A stretch of 64,000 nt of DNA from Heterodontus francisci (GCF_036365525.1 NC_090399.1:66706862-66770861); one strand, 5' to 3'; positions 47,801 to 62,800 are shown, numbered from the stretch's first letter. Notes: generated from the sequence alone by a model not told the origin. Made by a program: numbers and translations.

Positions 47801-50800
47801 GTGTCAGTGCTGAGCTCTGTGAGGATCCAGTCTCACTACAGGAGGGAGGGTCTGTGCTGAGCTGTGTGAGGATCCAGTCTCCACTACAGGAGAGAGGGTC
47901 AGTGCTGAGCTGTGTGAGGATACAGTCTCACTACAGGAGGGAGGGTCGATGCTGAGCTGTGTGAGGATCCAGTCTCCACTACAGGAGGGAGGGTCAATGC
48001 TGAGCTGTGTGAGGATCCAGTCTCCACTACAGGAGGGAGGGTCAGTGCTGAGCTGTATGACGATCCAGTCTCATTACAGGAGGGAGGGTCAGTGCTGAGC
48101 TGTGTGAGGATCCAGTCTCACTACAGGAGAGCGGGTCAGTGCTGAGCTGTGTGAGGATCCAGTCTCCACTACAGGAGGGAGGGTCAGTGCTGAGCTGTGT
48201 GAGGATCCAGTCTCACGACAGGAGGGAGGGTCAGTGCTGAGCTGTGTGAGTATCCAGTCTCACTACAGGAGGGAAGGTCAGTGCTGAGCTGTGTGAGGAT
48301 CCAGTCTCACTACAGGAGGGAGGGAGGGTCAGTGCTGAGCTGTGTGAGGATCCAGTCTCACTACAGGAGGGAGGGAGGGTCAGTGCTGAGCTGTGTGAGA
48401 ATCCAGTCTCACGACAGGTGGGAGGGTCAGTGCTGAGCAGTGTGAGGATCCAGGCCCACTACAGGAGGGAGGGAGGGTCAGTGCCGAGCTGTGTGAGGAT
48501 CCAGTCTCACTGCAGGAGGGAGGGAGGGTCACTGCTGAGCAGTGTGAGGATCCTGTCTCACTACAGGAGGGAGGGAACGTCAGTGTTGAGCTGTGTGAGA
48601 TCCAGTCTCACTACAGGAGGGAGGGTCAGTGCTGAGCTGTGTGAGGATCCAGTCTCAATACAGGAGGGAGGGTCAGTGCTGAGCTGTGTGAGGATCCAGT
48701 CTCACTACAGGAGGTAGGGTCAGTGCTGAGCTGTGTGAGGATCCAGACTGACTACAGGAGGGAGGGAGGGTCAGTGTTGAGCTGTGTGAGGATCCCTCTC
48801 ACGACAGGAGGGAGGGTCAGTGCTGAGCTGTGTGAGGATCCAGTCTCACTACAGGAGCGAGGGAGGGTCAGTGCTGAGCTGTGTGAGGATCCAGTCTCAC
48901 TACAGGAGGGAGGGTCAGTGCTGAGCAGTGTGAGGATCCAGTCTCACTACAGGAGGGAGGGAGGGTCAGTGCTGAGCTGTGTGAAGATCCATTCTCACTA
49001 CAGGAGGGAGGGAGGGTCAGTGCTGAGCTGTGTGAGGATCCAGTCTCACTACAGGAGGGCGGGTCAGTGCTGAGCTGTGTGAAGATCCAGTCTCACTACA
49101 GGATGGAGGGTCAATGCTGAGCTGTGTGAGGATCCAGTCTCACTACAGGAAGGAGGGTCAGTGCTGAGCTGTGTGAGGATCCAGTCTCACTACAGGAGGG
49201 AGGGTCAGTGCTGAGCTGTGTGAGGATCCAGTCTCACTACAGGAGGGAGGGTCAGTGCTGGGCTGTGTGAGGATCCAGTCTCACTACAGGAGGGAGGGAG
49301 GGTCAGTGCTGAGCTGTGTGAGGATCCAGTCTCACTACAGGAGGGCGGGTCAGTGCTGAGCTGTGTGAGGATCCAGTCTCACTACAGGAGGCAGGGTCAG
49401 TGCTGAGCTGTGTGAGGATCCAGTCTCTCTACAGGAGGGAGGGAGGGTCAGTGCTGAGCTGTGTGAGGATCCAGTCTCAAGACAGGAGGGAGGGAGGGTC
49501 AGTGCTGAGCTGTGTGAGGATCCAGTCTCACTACAGGAGGGAGGGTCAGTGCTGAGCTGTGTGAGGATCCAATCTCACTGCAGGAGGGAGGGTCAGTGCT
49601 GAGCTGTGTGAGGATCCAGTCTCACGACAGGAGGGAGGGTCAGTGCTGAGCTGTGTGAGGATCCAGTCTCACTACAGGACGGAGGGTCAGTGCTGAGCTG
49701 TGTGAGGATCCAGTCTCACTACAGGAGGCAGGGAGATTCAGTGCTGAGCTGATGAGGATCCAGTCTCACTACAGGAGGGAGGGTCAGTGCTGAGCTGTGT
49801 GAGGATCCAGTCTCACTCCAGGAGGGAGGGAGGGTCAGTGCTGAGCTGTGTGAGGATCCAGTCTCACTGCAGGAGGGAGGGTCAGTGCTGAGCTGTGTGA
49901 GGATCCAGTCTCACTACAGCAGGGAGGGTCAGTGCTGAGCTGTGTGACGATCCAGTCTCATTACAGGAGGGAGGGTCAGTGCTGAGCTGTGTGAGGATCC
50001 ACTCTCACTACAGGAGGGAGGGTCAGTGCTGAGCTGTGTGAGGATCCAGTCTGACTACAGGATGGAGGGAGGGTCAGTGTTGAGCTGTGTGAGGATCCAG
50101 TCTCATTGCAGGAGGGAGAGTCAATGCTGAGCTGTGTGAGGATCCAGTCTCACTACAGGAGGGAGAGTCAGTGCTGAGCTGTGTGAGGATCCAGTCTCAC
50201 TACTGGAGGGAGGGTCAGTGCTGAGCTGTGTGAGGATCCAGTCGCACTACAGGAGGGAGGGTCAGTGCTGAGCTGTGTGAGGATCCAGTCTGACTACAGG
50301 AGGGAGGGAGGGTCAGTGTTGAGCTGTGTGAGGATCCAGTCTCATTGCAGGAGGGAGAGTCAATGCTGAGCTGTGTGAGGATCCAGTCTCACTACAGGAA
50401 GGAGAGTCAGTGCTGAGCTGTGTGAGGATCCAGTCGCACTACAGGAGGGAGGGTCAGTGCTGAGCTTTCTGAGGATCCAGTCTCACTGCAGGAGGGAGGG
50501 AGAGTCAGTGCTAAGCTATGTGAGGATCCAGTCTCACTAGAGGAGGGAGAGTCAGTGCTGTGCTTTCTGAGGATCCAGTCTCACAACAAGAGGGAGGATC
50601 AGTGCTGAGCTGTGTGAGGATCCAGGCTCACTACAGGAGGCAGGGAGGGTCAGTGCTGAGCTGTGTGAGGATCCAGTCTCACTACAAGACGGAGGGTCAG
50701 TGCTGAGCTGTGTGAGGATCCAGTCTCACTACAGGAGGGAGGGAGGGTCTGTGCTGAGCTGTGTGAGGATCCAGGATCACCACAGGAGGGAGGGAGGGTC

Positions 50801-53800
50801 AGTGCTGAGCTGTGTGAGGATCCAGTCTCACTACAGGAGGGAGGGTCAGTGCTGAGCTGTGTGAGGATCCAGTCTCACTACAGGAGGGAGGGTCAGTGCT
50901 GAGCTGTGTGAAGATCCATTCTCACTACAGGAGGGAGGGTCAGATCTGAGCTGCGTGAGGATCCAGTCTCACTACAGGATGGTGGGTCAGTGCTGAGCTG
51001 TGTGAGGATCCAGTCTCACTACAGGAGGGAGGATCAGTGCTGAGCTGTGTGAGGATCCAGTCTCACTACAGGAGGGAGGGTCAGTGCTGAGCTGTGTGAG
51101 GATCCAGTCTCACTCCAGGAGGGAGAGTCAGTGCTGAGCTGTGTGAGGATCCAGTCTGACTACAGGAGGGAGGATCAGTGCTGAGCTGTGTGAGTATCCA
51201 GCTTCACTACAGGAGGGAGGATCAGTGCTGAGCTGTGTGAGGATCCAGTCTCACTACAGGAGGGAGGGTCAGTGCTGGGCTGTGTGAGGATCCAGTCTCA
51301 CTACAGGAGGGAGGGTCAGTGCTGAGCTGTGTGAGGATCCAGTCGCACTACAGGAGGGAGGGAGGGTCAGTGCTGAGCTGTGTGAAGATCCAGTGTCACT
51401 ACAAGACGGAGGGTCAGTGCTGAGCTGTGTGAGGATCCAGTCTCACGACAGGAGGGAGGGAGGGTCTGTGCTGAGCTGTGTGAGGATCCAGTCTCACTAC
51501 AGGAGCGAGGGAGGGTCAGTGCTGAGCTGTGTGAGGATCCAGTCTCACTACAGGAGGGAGGATCAGTGCTGAGCTGTGTGACGATCCAGTCTCACTACAG
51601 GAGGGAGGGTCAGTGCTGAGCTGTGTGAGGATCCAGTCTCACTACAGGAGGGAGGGTCAGTGCTGAGCTGTGTGAGGATCCAGTCTGACTACAGGAGGGA
51701 GGGAGGGTCAGTGTTGAGCTGTGTGAGGATCCAGTCTCACGACAGGAGGGAGGGTCAGTGCTGAGCTGTGTGAGGATCCAGTCTCACTACAGGAGCGAGG
51801 GAGGGTCAGTGCAGAGCTGTGTGAGGATCCAGTCTCACTACAGGAGGGAGGGTCAGTGCTGAGCAGTGTGAGGATCCAGTCTCACTACAGGAGGGAGGGA
51901 GGGTCAGTGCTGAGCTGTGTGAAGATCCATTCTCACTACAGGAGGGAGGGTCAGTGCTGAGCTGCGTGAGGATCCAGTCTCACTACAGGAGGGAGGATCA
52001 GTGCTGAGCTGTGTGAGGATCCAGTCTCACTACAGGAGGGAGGGTCAGTGCTGAACTGTGTGAGGATCCAGTCTCACTACAGGAGGGAGGGTCAGTGCTG
52101 GGCTGTGTGAGGATCCAGTCTCACTACAGGAGGGAGGGAGGGTCAGTGCTGAGCTGTGTGAGGATCCAGTCTCACTACAGGAGGGCGGGTCAGTGCTGAG
52201 CTGTGTGAGGATCCAGTCTCACTACAGGAGGCAGGGTCAGTGCTGAGCTGTGTGAGGATCCAGTCTCTCTACAGGAGGGAGGGAGGGTCAGTGCTGAGCT
52301 GTGTGAGGATCCAGTCTCACGACAGGAGGGAGAGAAGGTCAGTGCTCAGCTGTGTGAGGATCCAGTCTCACTACAGGAGGGAGGGTCAGTGCTGAGCTGT
52401 GTGAGGATCCAGTCTCACTGCAGGAGGGAGGGTCAGTGCTGAGCTGTGTGAGGATCCAGTCTCACGACAGGAGGGAGGGTCAGTGCTGAGCTGTGTGAGG
52501 ATCCAGTCTCACTGCAGGGCGGAGGGTCAGTGCTGAGCTGTGTGAGGATCCAGTCTCACAACAGGAGGCAGGGAGAGTCAGTGCTGAGCTGTGTGAGGAT
52601 CCAGTCTCACTACAGGAGGGAGGGTCAGTGCTGAGCTGTGTGAGGATCCAGTCTCACTCCAGGAGGGAGGGAGGGTCAGTGCTGAGCTGTGTGAGGATCC
52701 AGTCTCACTGCAGGAGGGAGGGTCAGTGCTGAGCTGTGTGAGGATCCAGTCTCACTACAGCAGGGAGGGTCAGTGCTGAGCTGTGTGAGGATCCATTCTC
52801 ACTACAGGAGGGAGAGTCAGTGCTGAGCTGTGTGAGGATCCAGTCTCACCGCAGGAGGGAGGGTCAGTGCTGAGCTGTGTGAGGATCCAGTCTCACCGCA
52901 GGTGGGAGGGTCAGTGCTGAGCTGTGTGAGGATCCAGTCTCACCGCAGGAGGGAGAGTCAGTGCTGAGCTGTGTGAGGATCCAGTCTCACGACAGGAGGG
53001 AGGGAGGGTCAGTGCTGAGCTGTGTGAGGATCCAGTCTCACTGCAGGAGGGAGAGTGAGTGCTGAGCTGTGTGAGGATCCAGTCTCACTACAGGAGGGAG
53101 GGAGGGTCAGTGCTGAGATGTGTGAGGATCCAGTCTCACTACAGGAGGGAGGGAGCGTCGGTGCTGAGCTGTGTGAGGATCCAGTCTCACTACAGGAGGG
53201 AGAGTGAGTGCTGAGCTGTGTGAGGATCCAGTTTCACTACAGGAGGGAGGGTCAGTGCTGAGCTGTGCGAGGATCCACTCTCACTACAGGAGGGAGGGTC
53301 AGTGCTGAGCTGTGTGAGGATCCAGTCTCTCTACAGGAGGGAGGGAGGGTCAGTGCTGAGCTGTGTGAGGATCCAGTCTCACGACAGGAGGGAGAGAGGG
53401 TCAGTGCTGAGCTGTGTGAGGATCCAGTCTCACTACAGGAGGGAGGGTCAGTGCTGAGCTGTGTGAGGATCCAGTCTCACTACAGGAGGGAGGGTCAGTG
53501 CTGAGCTGTGTGAGGATCCAGTCTCACTACAGGAGGGAGGGTCAGTGCTGAGCTGTGTGAGGATCCAGTCTCACTCCAGGAGGGACGGTCAGTGCTGAGC
53601 TGTGTGAGGATCCAGTCTCAATACAGGAGGGAGGGAGGGTCAGTGCTGAGCTGTGTGAGGATCCAGTCTGACTACAGGAGGGAGGGTCAGTGCTGAGCTG
53701 TGTGAGGATCCAGTCTCACTACAGGAGGGAGGGTCAGTGCTGAGCTGTGTGAGGATCCAGTCTCACTACAGGAGGGAGGGAGGGTCAGTGCTGAGCTGTG

Positions 53801-56800
53801 TGAGGATCCAGTGTCACTACAGGAGGGCGGGTCAATGCTGAGCTGTGTGAGGATCCAGTCTCTCTACAGGAGGGAGGGAGGGTCAGTGCTGAGCTGTGTG
53901 AGGATCCAGTCTCACTACAGGAGGGAGGGAGTGTCAGTGCTGAGCTGTGTGAGGATCCAGTCTCACGACAGGAGGGAGGGAGGGTCAGTGCTGAGCTGTG
54001 TGAGGATCCAGTCTCACTACAGGAGGGAGGGTCAGTGCTGAGCTGTGTGAGGATCCAGTCTCACTACAGGAGGGAGGGTCAGTGCTGAGCTGTGTGAAGA
54101 TCCATTCTCACTTCAGGAGGGAGGGTCAGTGCTGAGCTGCGTGAGGATCCAGTCTCACGACAGCAGGGAGGGAGGGTCAGTGCAGAGCTGTGTGAGGATC
54201 CAGTTTCACTGCAGGAGGGAGGATCAGTGCTGAGCTGTGTGAGGATCCAGTCTGACTACAGGAGGGAGGGTCAGTGCTGAGCTGTGTGAGGATCCAGTCT
54301 CACTACAGGAGGGAGGGTCAGTGCTGAGCTGTGTGAGGATCCAGTCTCACTCCAAGAGGGAGGGTCAGTGCTGAGCTGTGTGAGGATCCAGTCTGACTAC
54401 AGGAGGGAGGGTCAGTGCTGAGCTGTGTGAGGATCCAGTCTCACTACAGGAGGGAGGGTCAGTGCTGAGCTGTGTGAGGATCCAGTCTCACTACAGGAGG
54501 GAGGGTCAGTGCTGGGCTGTGTGAGGATCCAGTCTCACTACAGGAGGCAGGGAGGGTCAGTGCTGAGCTGTGCGAGGATCCAGTCTCACTACAGGAGGGA
54601 GGGTCAGTGCTGGGCTGTGTGAGGATCCAGTCTCACTACAGGAGGCAGGGAGGGTCAGTGCTGAGCTGTGTGACGATCCAGTCTCACTACAGGAGGGAGG
54701 GTCAGTGCTGAGCTGTGTGAGGATCCAGTCTCACTTTTGGTGGGAGGGTCAGTGCTGAGCTGTGTGAGGATCCAGTCTGACTACAGGAGGGAGGGAGGGT
54801 CAGTGTTGAGCTGTGTGAGGATCCAGTCTCACTACAGGAGGGAGGGTCAGTGCTGAGCTGTGTGAGGATCCAGTCTCACTACAGGAGGGAGGGTCAGTGC
54901 TGAGCTGTGTGAGGTTCCAGTCTCACTCCAGGAGGGAGCGAGGGTCAGTGCTGAGCTGTGTGAGGATCCAGTCTCACTCCAGGAGGGAGGGTCAGTGCTG
55001 AGCTGTGTGACGATCCATTCTCACTACAGGAGGGAGGGTCAGTGCTGAGCTGTGTGACGATCCAGTCTCACTACAGGAGGGAGGGTCAGTGCTGAGCTGT
55101 GTGAGGATCCAGTCTCACTGCAGGAGGGAGGGTCAGTGCTGAGCTGTGTGACGATCCAGTCTCACTACAGGAGGGAGGGTCAGTGCTGAGCTGTGTGAGG
55201 ATCCAGTCTCACTGCAGGAGGGAGGGTCAGTGCTGAGCTGTGTGACGATCCAGTCTCACTACAGGAGGGAGGGTCAGTGCTGAGCTGTGTGAGGATCCAG
55301 TCTCACTACAGGAGGGAGGGTCAGTGCTGAGCTGTGTGAGGATCCAGTCTCACTACAGGAGGGAGGATCAGTGCTGAGCTGTGTGACGATCCAGTCTCAC
55401 TACAGGAGGGAGGGTCAGTGCTGAGCTGTGTGAGGATCCAGTCTCACTACAGGAGGGAGGGTCAGTGCTGAGCTGTGTGAGGATCCAGTCTGACTACAGG
55501 AGGGAGGGAGGGTCAGTGTTGAGCTGTGTGAGGATCCAGTCTCACGACAGGAGGGAGGGTCAGTGCTGAGCTGTGTGAGGATCCAGTCTCACTACAGGAG
55601 CGAGGGAGGGTCAGTGCAGAGCTGTGTGTGGATCCAGTCTCACTACAGGAGGGAGGGTCAGTGCTGAGCAGTGTGAGGATCCAGTCTCACTACAGGAGGG
55701 AGGGAGGGTCAGTGCTGAGCTGTGTGAAGATCCATTCTCACTACAGGAGGGAGGGTCAGTGCTGAGCTGCGTGAGGATCCAGTCTCACTACAGGAGGGAG
55801 GATCAGTGCTGAGCTGTGTGAGGATCCAGTCTCACTACAGGAGGGAGGGTCAGTGCTGAACTGTGTGAGGATCCAGTCTCACTACAGGAGGGAGGGTCAG
55901 TGCTGGGCTGTGTGAGGATCCAGTCTCACTACAGGAGGGAGGGAGGGTCAGTGCTGAGCTGTGTGAGGATCCAGTCTCACTACAGGAGGGCGGGTCAGTG
56001 CTGAGCTGTGTGAGGATCAAGTCTCACTACAGGAGGCAGGGTCAGTGCTGAGCTGTGTGAGGATCCAGTCTCTCTACAGGAGGGAGGGAGGGTCAGTGCT
56101 GAGCTGTGTGAGGATCCAGTCTCACGACAGGAGGGAGAGAGGGTCAGTGCTGAGCTGTGTGAGGATCCAGTCTCACTACAGGAGGGAGGGTCAGTGCTGA
56201 GCTGTGTGAGGATCCAGTCTCACTGCAGGGCGGAGGGTCAGTGCTGAGCTGTGTGAGGATCCAGTCTCACAACAGGAGGCAGGGAGAGTCAGTGCTGAGC
56301 TGTGTGAGGATCCAGTCTCACTACAGGAGGGAGGGTCAGTGCTGAGCTGTGTGAGGATCCAGTCTCACTCCAGGAGGGAGGGAGGGTCAGTGCTGAGCTG
56401 TGTGAGGATCCAGTCTCACTGCAGGAGGGAGGGTCAGTGCTGAGCTGCGTGAGGATCCAGTCTCACTACAGGAGGGAGGATCAGTGCTGAGCTGTGTGAG
56501 GATCCAGTCTCACTACAGGAGGGAGGGTCAGTGCTGAACTGTGTGAGGATCCAGTCTCACTACAGGAGGGAGGGTCAGTGCTGGGCTGTGTGAGGATCCA
56601 GTCTCACTACAGGAGGGAGGGAGGGTCAGTGCTGAGCTGTGTGAGGATCCAGTCTCACTACAGGAGGGCGGGTCAGTGCTGAGCTGTGTGAGGATCAAGT
56701 CTCACTACAGGAGGCAGGGTCAGTGCTGAGCTGTGTGAGGATCCAGTCTCTCTACAGGAGGGAGGGAGGGTCAGTGCTGAGCTGTGTGAGGATCCAGTCT

Positions 56801-59800
56801 CACGACAGGAGGGAGAGAGGGTCAGTGCTGAGCTGTGTGAGGATCCAGTCTCACTACAGGAGGGAGGGTCAGTGCTGAGCTGTGTGAGGATCCAGTCTCA
56901 CTGCAGGGCGGAGGGTCAGTGCTGAGCTGTGTGAGGATCCAGTCTCACAACAGGAGGCAGGGAGAGTCAGTGCTGAGCTGTGTGAGGATCCAGTCTCACT
57001 ACAGGAGGGAGGGTCAGTGCTGAGCTGTGTGAGGATCCAGTCTCACTCCAGGAGGGAGGGAGGGTCAGTGCTGAGCTGTGTGAGGATCCAGTCTCACTGC
57101 AGGAGGGAGGGTCAGTGCTGAGCTGTGTGAGGATCCAGTCTCACTACAGCAGGGAGGGTCAGTGCTGAGCTGTGTGAGGATCCAGTCTCACTACAGGAGG
57201 GAGGGTCAGTGCTGAGCTGTGTGAGGATCCACTCTCACTACAGGAGGGAGAGTCAGTGCTGAGCTGTGTGAGGATCCAGTCTCACCGCAGGAGGGAGGGT
57301 CAGTGCTGAGCTGTGTGAGGATCCAGTCTCACCGCAGGAGGGAGGGTCAGTGCTGAGCTGTGTGAGGATCCAGTCTCACCGCAGGAGGGAGAGTCAGTGC
57401 TGAGCTGTGTGAGGATCCAGTCTCACGACAGGAGGGAGGGAGGGTCAGTGCTGAGCTGTGTGAGGATCCAGTCTCACTGCAGGAGGGAGAGTGAGTGCTG
57501 AGCTGTGTCAGGATCCAGTCTCACTACAGGAGGGAGGGAGGGTCAGTGCTGAGATGTGTGAGGATCCAGTCTCACTACAGGAGGGAGGGAGCGTCGGTGC
57601 TGAGCTGTGTGAGGATCCACTCTCACTACAGGAGGGAGAGTGAGTGCTGAGCTGTGTGAGGATCCAGTTTCACTACAGGAGGGAGGGTCAGTGCTGAGCT
57701 GTGCGAGGATCCACTCTCACTACAGGAGGGAGGGTCAGTGCTGAGCTGTGTGAGGATCCAGTCTCTCTACAGGAGGGAGGGAGGGTCAGTGCTGAGCTGT
57801 GTGACGATCCAGTCTCACTACAGGAGGGAGGGTCAGTGCTGAGCTGTGTGAGGATCCAGTCTCACTGCAGGAGGGCGGGTCAGTGCTCAGCTGTGTGACG
57901 ATCCAGTCTCACTACAGGAGGGAGGGCAGTGCTGAGCTGTGTGAGGATCCAGTCTCACTACAGGAGGGAGGGTCAGTGCTGAGCTGTGTGAGGATCCAGT
58001 CTCACTACAGGAGGGAGGATCAGTGCTGAACTGTGTGACGATCCAGTCTCACTACAGGAGGGAGGGTCAGTGCTGAGCTGTGTGAGGATCCAGTCTCACT
58101 ACAGGAGGGAGGGTCAGTGCTGAGCTGTGTGAGGATCCAGTCTGACAACGTGGAGGGAGGGAGGGTCAGTGTTGAGCTGTGTGAGGATCCAGTCTCACGA
58201 CAGGAGGGAGGGTCAGTGCTGGGCTGTGTGAGGATCCAGTCTCACTACAGGAGGGAGGGAGGGTCAGTGCTGAGCTGTGTGAAGATCCATTCTCACTACA
58301 GGAGGGAGGGTCAGTGCTGAGCTGCGTGAGGATCCAGTCTCACTACAGGAGGGAGGATCAGTGCTGAGCTGTGTGAGGATCCAGTCTCACGACAGGAGGG
58401 AGGGTCAGTGCTGAGCTGTGTGAGGATCCAGTCTCACTACAGGAGGGAGGGTCAGTGCTGGGCTGTGTGAGGATCCAGTCTCACTACAGAAGGGAGGGAG
58501 GGTCAGTGCTGAGCTGTGTGAGGATCCAGTCTCACTACAGGAGGGCGGGTCAGTGCTGAGCTGTGTGAGGATCCAGTCTCACTACAGGAGGCAGGGTCAG
58601 TGCTGAGCTGTGTGAGGATCCAGTCTCTCTACAGGAGGGAGGGAGGGTCAGTGCTGAGCTGTGTGAGGATCCAGTCTCACGACAGGAGGGAGAGAGGGTC
58701 AGTGCTGAGCTGTGTGAGGATCCAGTCTCACTACAGGAGGGAGGGTCAGTGCTGAGCTGTGTGAGGATCCAGTCTCACTGCAGGAGGGAGGGTCAGTGCT
58801 GAGCTGTGTGAGGATCCAGTCTCACGACAGGAGGGAGGGTCAGTGCTGAGCTGTGTGAGGATCCAGTCTCACAACAGGAGGGCGGGTCAGTGCTGAGCTG
58901 TGTGAGGATCCAGTCTCACTACAGGAGGCAGGGTCAGTGCTGAGCTGTGTGAGGATCCAGTCTCTCTACAGGAGGGAGGGAGGGTCAGTGCTGAGCTGTG
59001 TGAGGATCCAGTCTCACGACAGGAGGTAGAGAGGGTCAGTGCTGAGCTGTGTGAGGATCCAGTCTCAATACAGGAGGGAGGTCAGTGCTGAGCTGTGTGA
59101 GGATCCAGTCTCACTGCAGGAGGGAGGGTCAGTGCTGAGCTGTGTGAGGATCCAGTCTCACGACAGGAGGGAGGGTCAGTGCTGAGCTGTGTGAGGATCC
59201 AGTCTCACTGCAGGGCGGAGGGTCAGTGCTGAGCTGTGTGAGGATCCAGTCTCACAACAGGAGGCAGGGAGAGTCAGTGCTGAGCTGTGTGAGGATCCAG
59301 TCTCACTACAGGAGGGAGGGTCAGTGCTGAGCTGTGTGAGGATCCAGTCTCACTCCAGGAGGGAGGGAGGGTCAGTGCTGAGCTGTGTGAGGATCCAGTC
59401 TCACTACAGCAGGGAGGGTCAGTGCTGAGCTGTGTGAGGATCCACTCTCCCTACAGGAGGGAGAGTCAGTGCTGAGCTGTGTGAGGATCCAGTCTCACCG
59501 CAGGAGGGAGGGTCAGTGCTGAGCTGTGTGAGGATCCAGTCTCACCGCAGGAGGGAGGGTCAGTGCTGAGCTGTGTGAGGATCCAGTCTCACCGCAGGAG
59601 GGAGAGTCAGTGCTGAGCTGTGTGAGGATCCAGTCTCACCGCAGGAGGGAGAGTCAGTGCTGAGCTGTGTGAGGATCCAGTCTCACGACAGGAGGGAGGG
59701 AGGGTCAGTGCTGAGCTGTGTGAGGATCCAGTCTCACTGCAGGAGGGAGAGTGAGTGCTGAGCTGTGTGAGGATCCAGTCTCACTACAGGAGGGAGGGAG

Positions 59801-62800
59801 GGTCAGTGCTGAGATGTGTGAGGATCCAGTCTGACTCCAGGAGGGAGGGAGCGTCGGTGCTGAGCTGTGTGAGGATCCAGTCTCACTGCAGGAGGGAGAG
59901 TGAGTGCTGAGCTGTGTGAGGATCCAGTCTCACTACAGGAGGGAGGGAGAGTCAGTGCTGAGCTGTGTGAGGATCCAGTTTCACTGCAGGAGGGAGGGTC
60001 AGTGCTGAGCTGTGTGAGGATCCAGTCTCACCGCAGGAGGGAGAGTCAGTGCTGAGCTGTGTGAGGATCCAGTCTCACTACAGGAGGGAGGATCAGTGCT
60101 GAGCTGTGTGACGATCCAGTCTCACTACAGGAGGGAGGGTCAGTGCTGAGCTGTGTGAGGATCCAGTCTCACTACAGGAGGGAGGGTCAGTGCTGAGCTG
60201 TGTGAGGATCCAGTCTGACAACGTGGAGGGAGGGAGGGTCAGTGTTGAGCTGTGTGAGGATCCAGTCTCACGACAGGAGGGAGGGTCAGTGCTGGGCTGT
60301 GTGAGGATCCAGTCTCACTACAGGAGGGAGGGAGGGTCAGTGCTGAGCTGTGTGAAGATCCATTCTCACTACAGGAGGGAGGGTCAGTGCTGAGCTGCGT
60401 GAGGATCCAGTCTCACTACAGGAGGGAGGATCAGTGCTGAGCTGTGTGAGGATCCAGTCTCACGACAGGAGGGAGGGTCAGTGCTGAGCTGTGTGAGGAT
60501 CCAGTCTCACTACAGGAGGGAGGGTCAGTGCTGGGCTGTGTGAGGATCCAGTCTCACTACAGAAGGGAGGGAGGGTCAGTGCTGAGCTGTGTGAGGATCC
60601 AGTCTCACTACAGGAGGGCGGGTCAGTGCTGAGCTGTGTGAGGATCCAGTCTCACTACAGGAGGCAGGGTCAGTGCTGAGCTGTGTGAGGATCCAGTCTC
60701 TCTACAGGAGGGAGGGAGGGTCAGTGCTGAGCTGTGTGAGGATCCAGTCTCACGACAGGAGGGAGAGAGGGTCAGTGCTGAGCTGTGTGAGGATCCAGTC
60801 TCACTACAGGAGGGAGGGTCAGTGCTGAGCTGTGTGAGGATCCAGTCTCACTGCAGGAGGGAGGGTCAGTGCTGAGCTGTGTGAGGATCCAGTCTCACTA
60901 CAGGAGGGAGGGTCAGTGCTGAGCTGTGTGAGGATCCAGTCTCACAACAGGAGGCAGGGAGAGTCAGTGCTGAGCTGTGTGAGGATCCAGTCTCACTACA
61001 GGAGGGAGGGTCAGTGCTGAGCTGTGTGAGGATCCAGTCTCACTCCAGGAGGGAGGGAGGGTCAGTGCTGAGCTGTGTGAGGATCCAGTCTCACTGCAGG
61101 AGGGAGGGTCAGTGCTGAGCTGTGTGAGGATCCAGTCTCACTACAGCAGAGAGGGTCAGTGCTGAGCTGTGTGAGGATCCACTCTCACTACAGGAGGGAG
61201 AGTCAGTGCTGAGCTGTGTGAGGATCCAGTCTCACCGCAGGAGGGAGGGTCAGTGCTGAGCTGTGTGAGGATCCAGTCTCACCGCAGGAGGGAGGGTCAG
61301 TGCTGAGCTGTGTGAGGATCCAGTCTCACCGCAGGAGGGAGAGTCAGTGCTGAGCTGTGTGAGGATCCAGTCTCACCGCAGGAGGGAGAGTCAGTGCTGA
61401 GCTGTGTGAGGATCCAGTCTCACGACAGGAGGGAGGGAGGGTCAGTGCTGAGCTGTGTGAGGATCCAGTCTCACTGCAGGAGGGAGAGTGAGTGCTGAGC
61501 TGTGTGAGGATCCAGTCTCACTACAGGAGGGAGGGAGGGTCAGTGCTGAGATGTGTGAGGATCCAGTCTGACTCCAGGAGGGAGGGAGAGTCAGTGCTGA
61601 GCTGTGTGAGGATCCAGTTTCACTGCAGGAGGGAGGGTCAGTGCTGAGCTGTGCGAGGATCCACTCTCACTACAGGAGGGAGGGTCAGTGCTGAGCTGTG
61701 TGAGGATCCAGTCTCACTACAGGAGGGAGGGAGGGTCAGTGTTGAGCTGTGTGAGGATCCAGTCTCACTGCAGGAGGGAGAGTCAGTGCTGAGCTGTGTG
61801 AGGATCCAGTCTCACTACAGGAGGGAGGGAGGGTCAGTGCTGAGATGTGTGAGGATCCAGTCTGACTCCAAGAGGGAGGGAGAGTCAGTGCTGAGCTGTG
61901 TGAGGATCCAGTTTCACTGCAGGAGGGAGGGTCAGTGCTGAGCTGTGCGAGGATCCACTCTCACTACAGGAGGGAGGGTCAGTGCTGAGCTGTGTGAGGA
62001 TCCAGTCTCACTACAGGAGGGAGGGAGGGTCAGTGTTGAGCTGTGTGAGTATCCAGTCTCACTGCAGGAGGGAGAGTCAGTGCTGAGCTGTGTGAGGATC
62101 CAGTCTCACTACAGGAGGGAGGGAGGGTCAGTGCTGAGCTGTGTGAGGATCCAGTCTCACTGCAGGAGGGAGAGTCAGTGTTGAGCTGTGTGAGGATCCA
62201 GTCTCACTACAGGAGGGAGGGTCAGTGCTGAGCTGTGCGAGGATCCAGTCTCACTGCAGGAGGGAGGGAGCGTCAGTGCGAAGCTATGTGAGGATCCAGT
62301 CTCACTACAGGAGGGAGGGAGGGTCAGTGCTGAACTGAGTGAGGATCCAGTCTCACTAGAGGAGGGAGAGTCAGTGCTGAGCTGTCTGAGGATCCAGTCT
62401 CACTACAAGAGGGAGGGTCAGTGCTGAGCTCTGTGAGGATCCAGGCTCACTACAGGAGGCAGGGAGGGTCACTGCTGAGCTGTGTGTGGATCCAGTCTCA
62501 CTACAAGACGGAGGGTCAGTGCTGAGCTGTGTGAGGATCCAGTCTCACTACAGGAGGGAGGGAGGGTCTGTGCTGAGCTGTGTGAGGATCCAGGATCACC
62601 ACAGGAGGGAGGGACGGTCAGTGCTGAGCTGTGTGAGGATCCAGTCTCACGACAGGAGGGAGGGTCAGTGCTGAGCTGTGTGAGGATCCAGTCTCACGAC
62701 AGGAGGGAGGGTCAGTGCTGAGCTGTGTGAGGATCCAGTCTCACTACAGGAGCGAGGGAGGGTCAGTGCTGAGCTGTGTGAGGATCCAGTCTCACGACAG

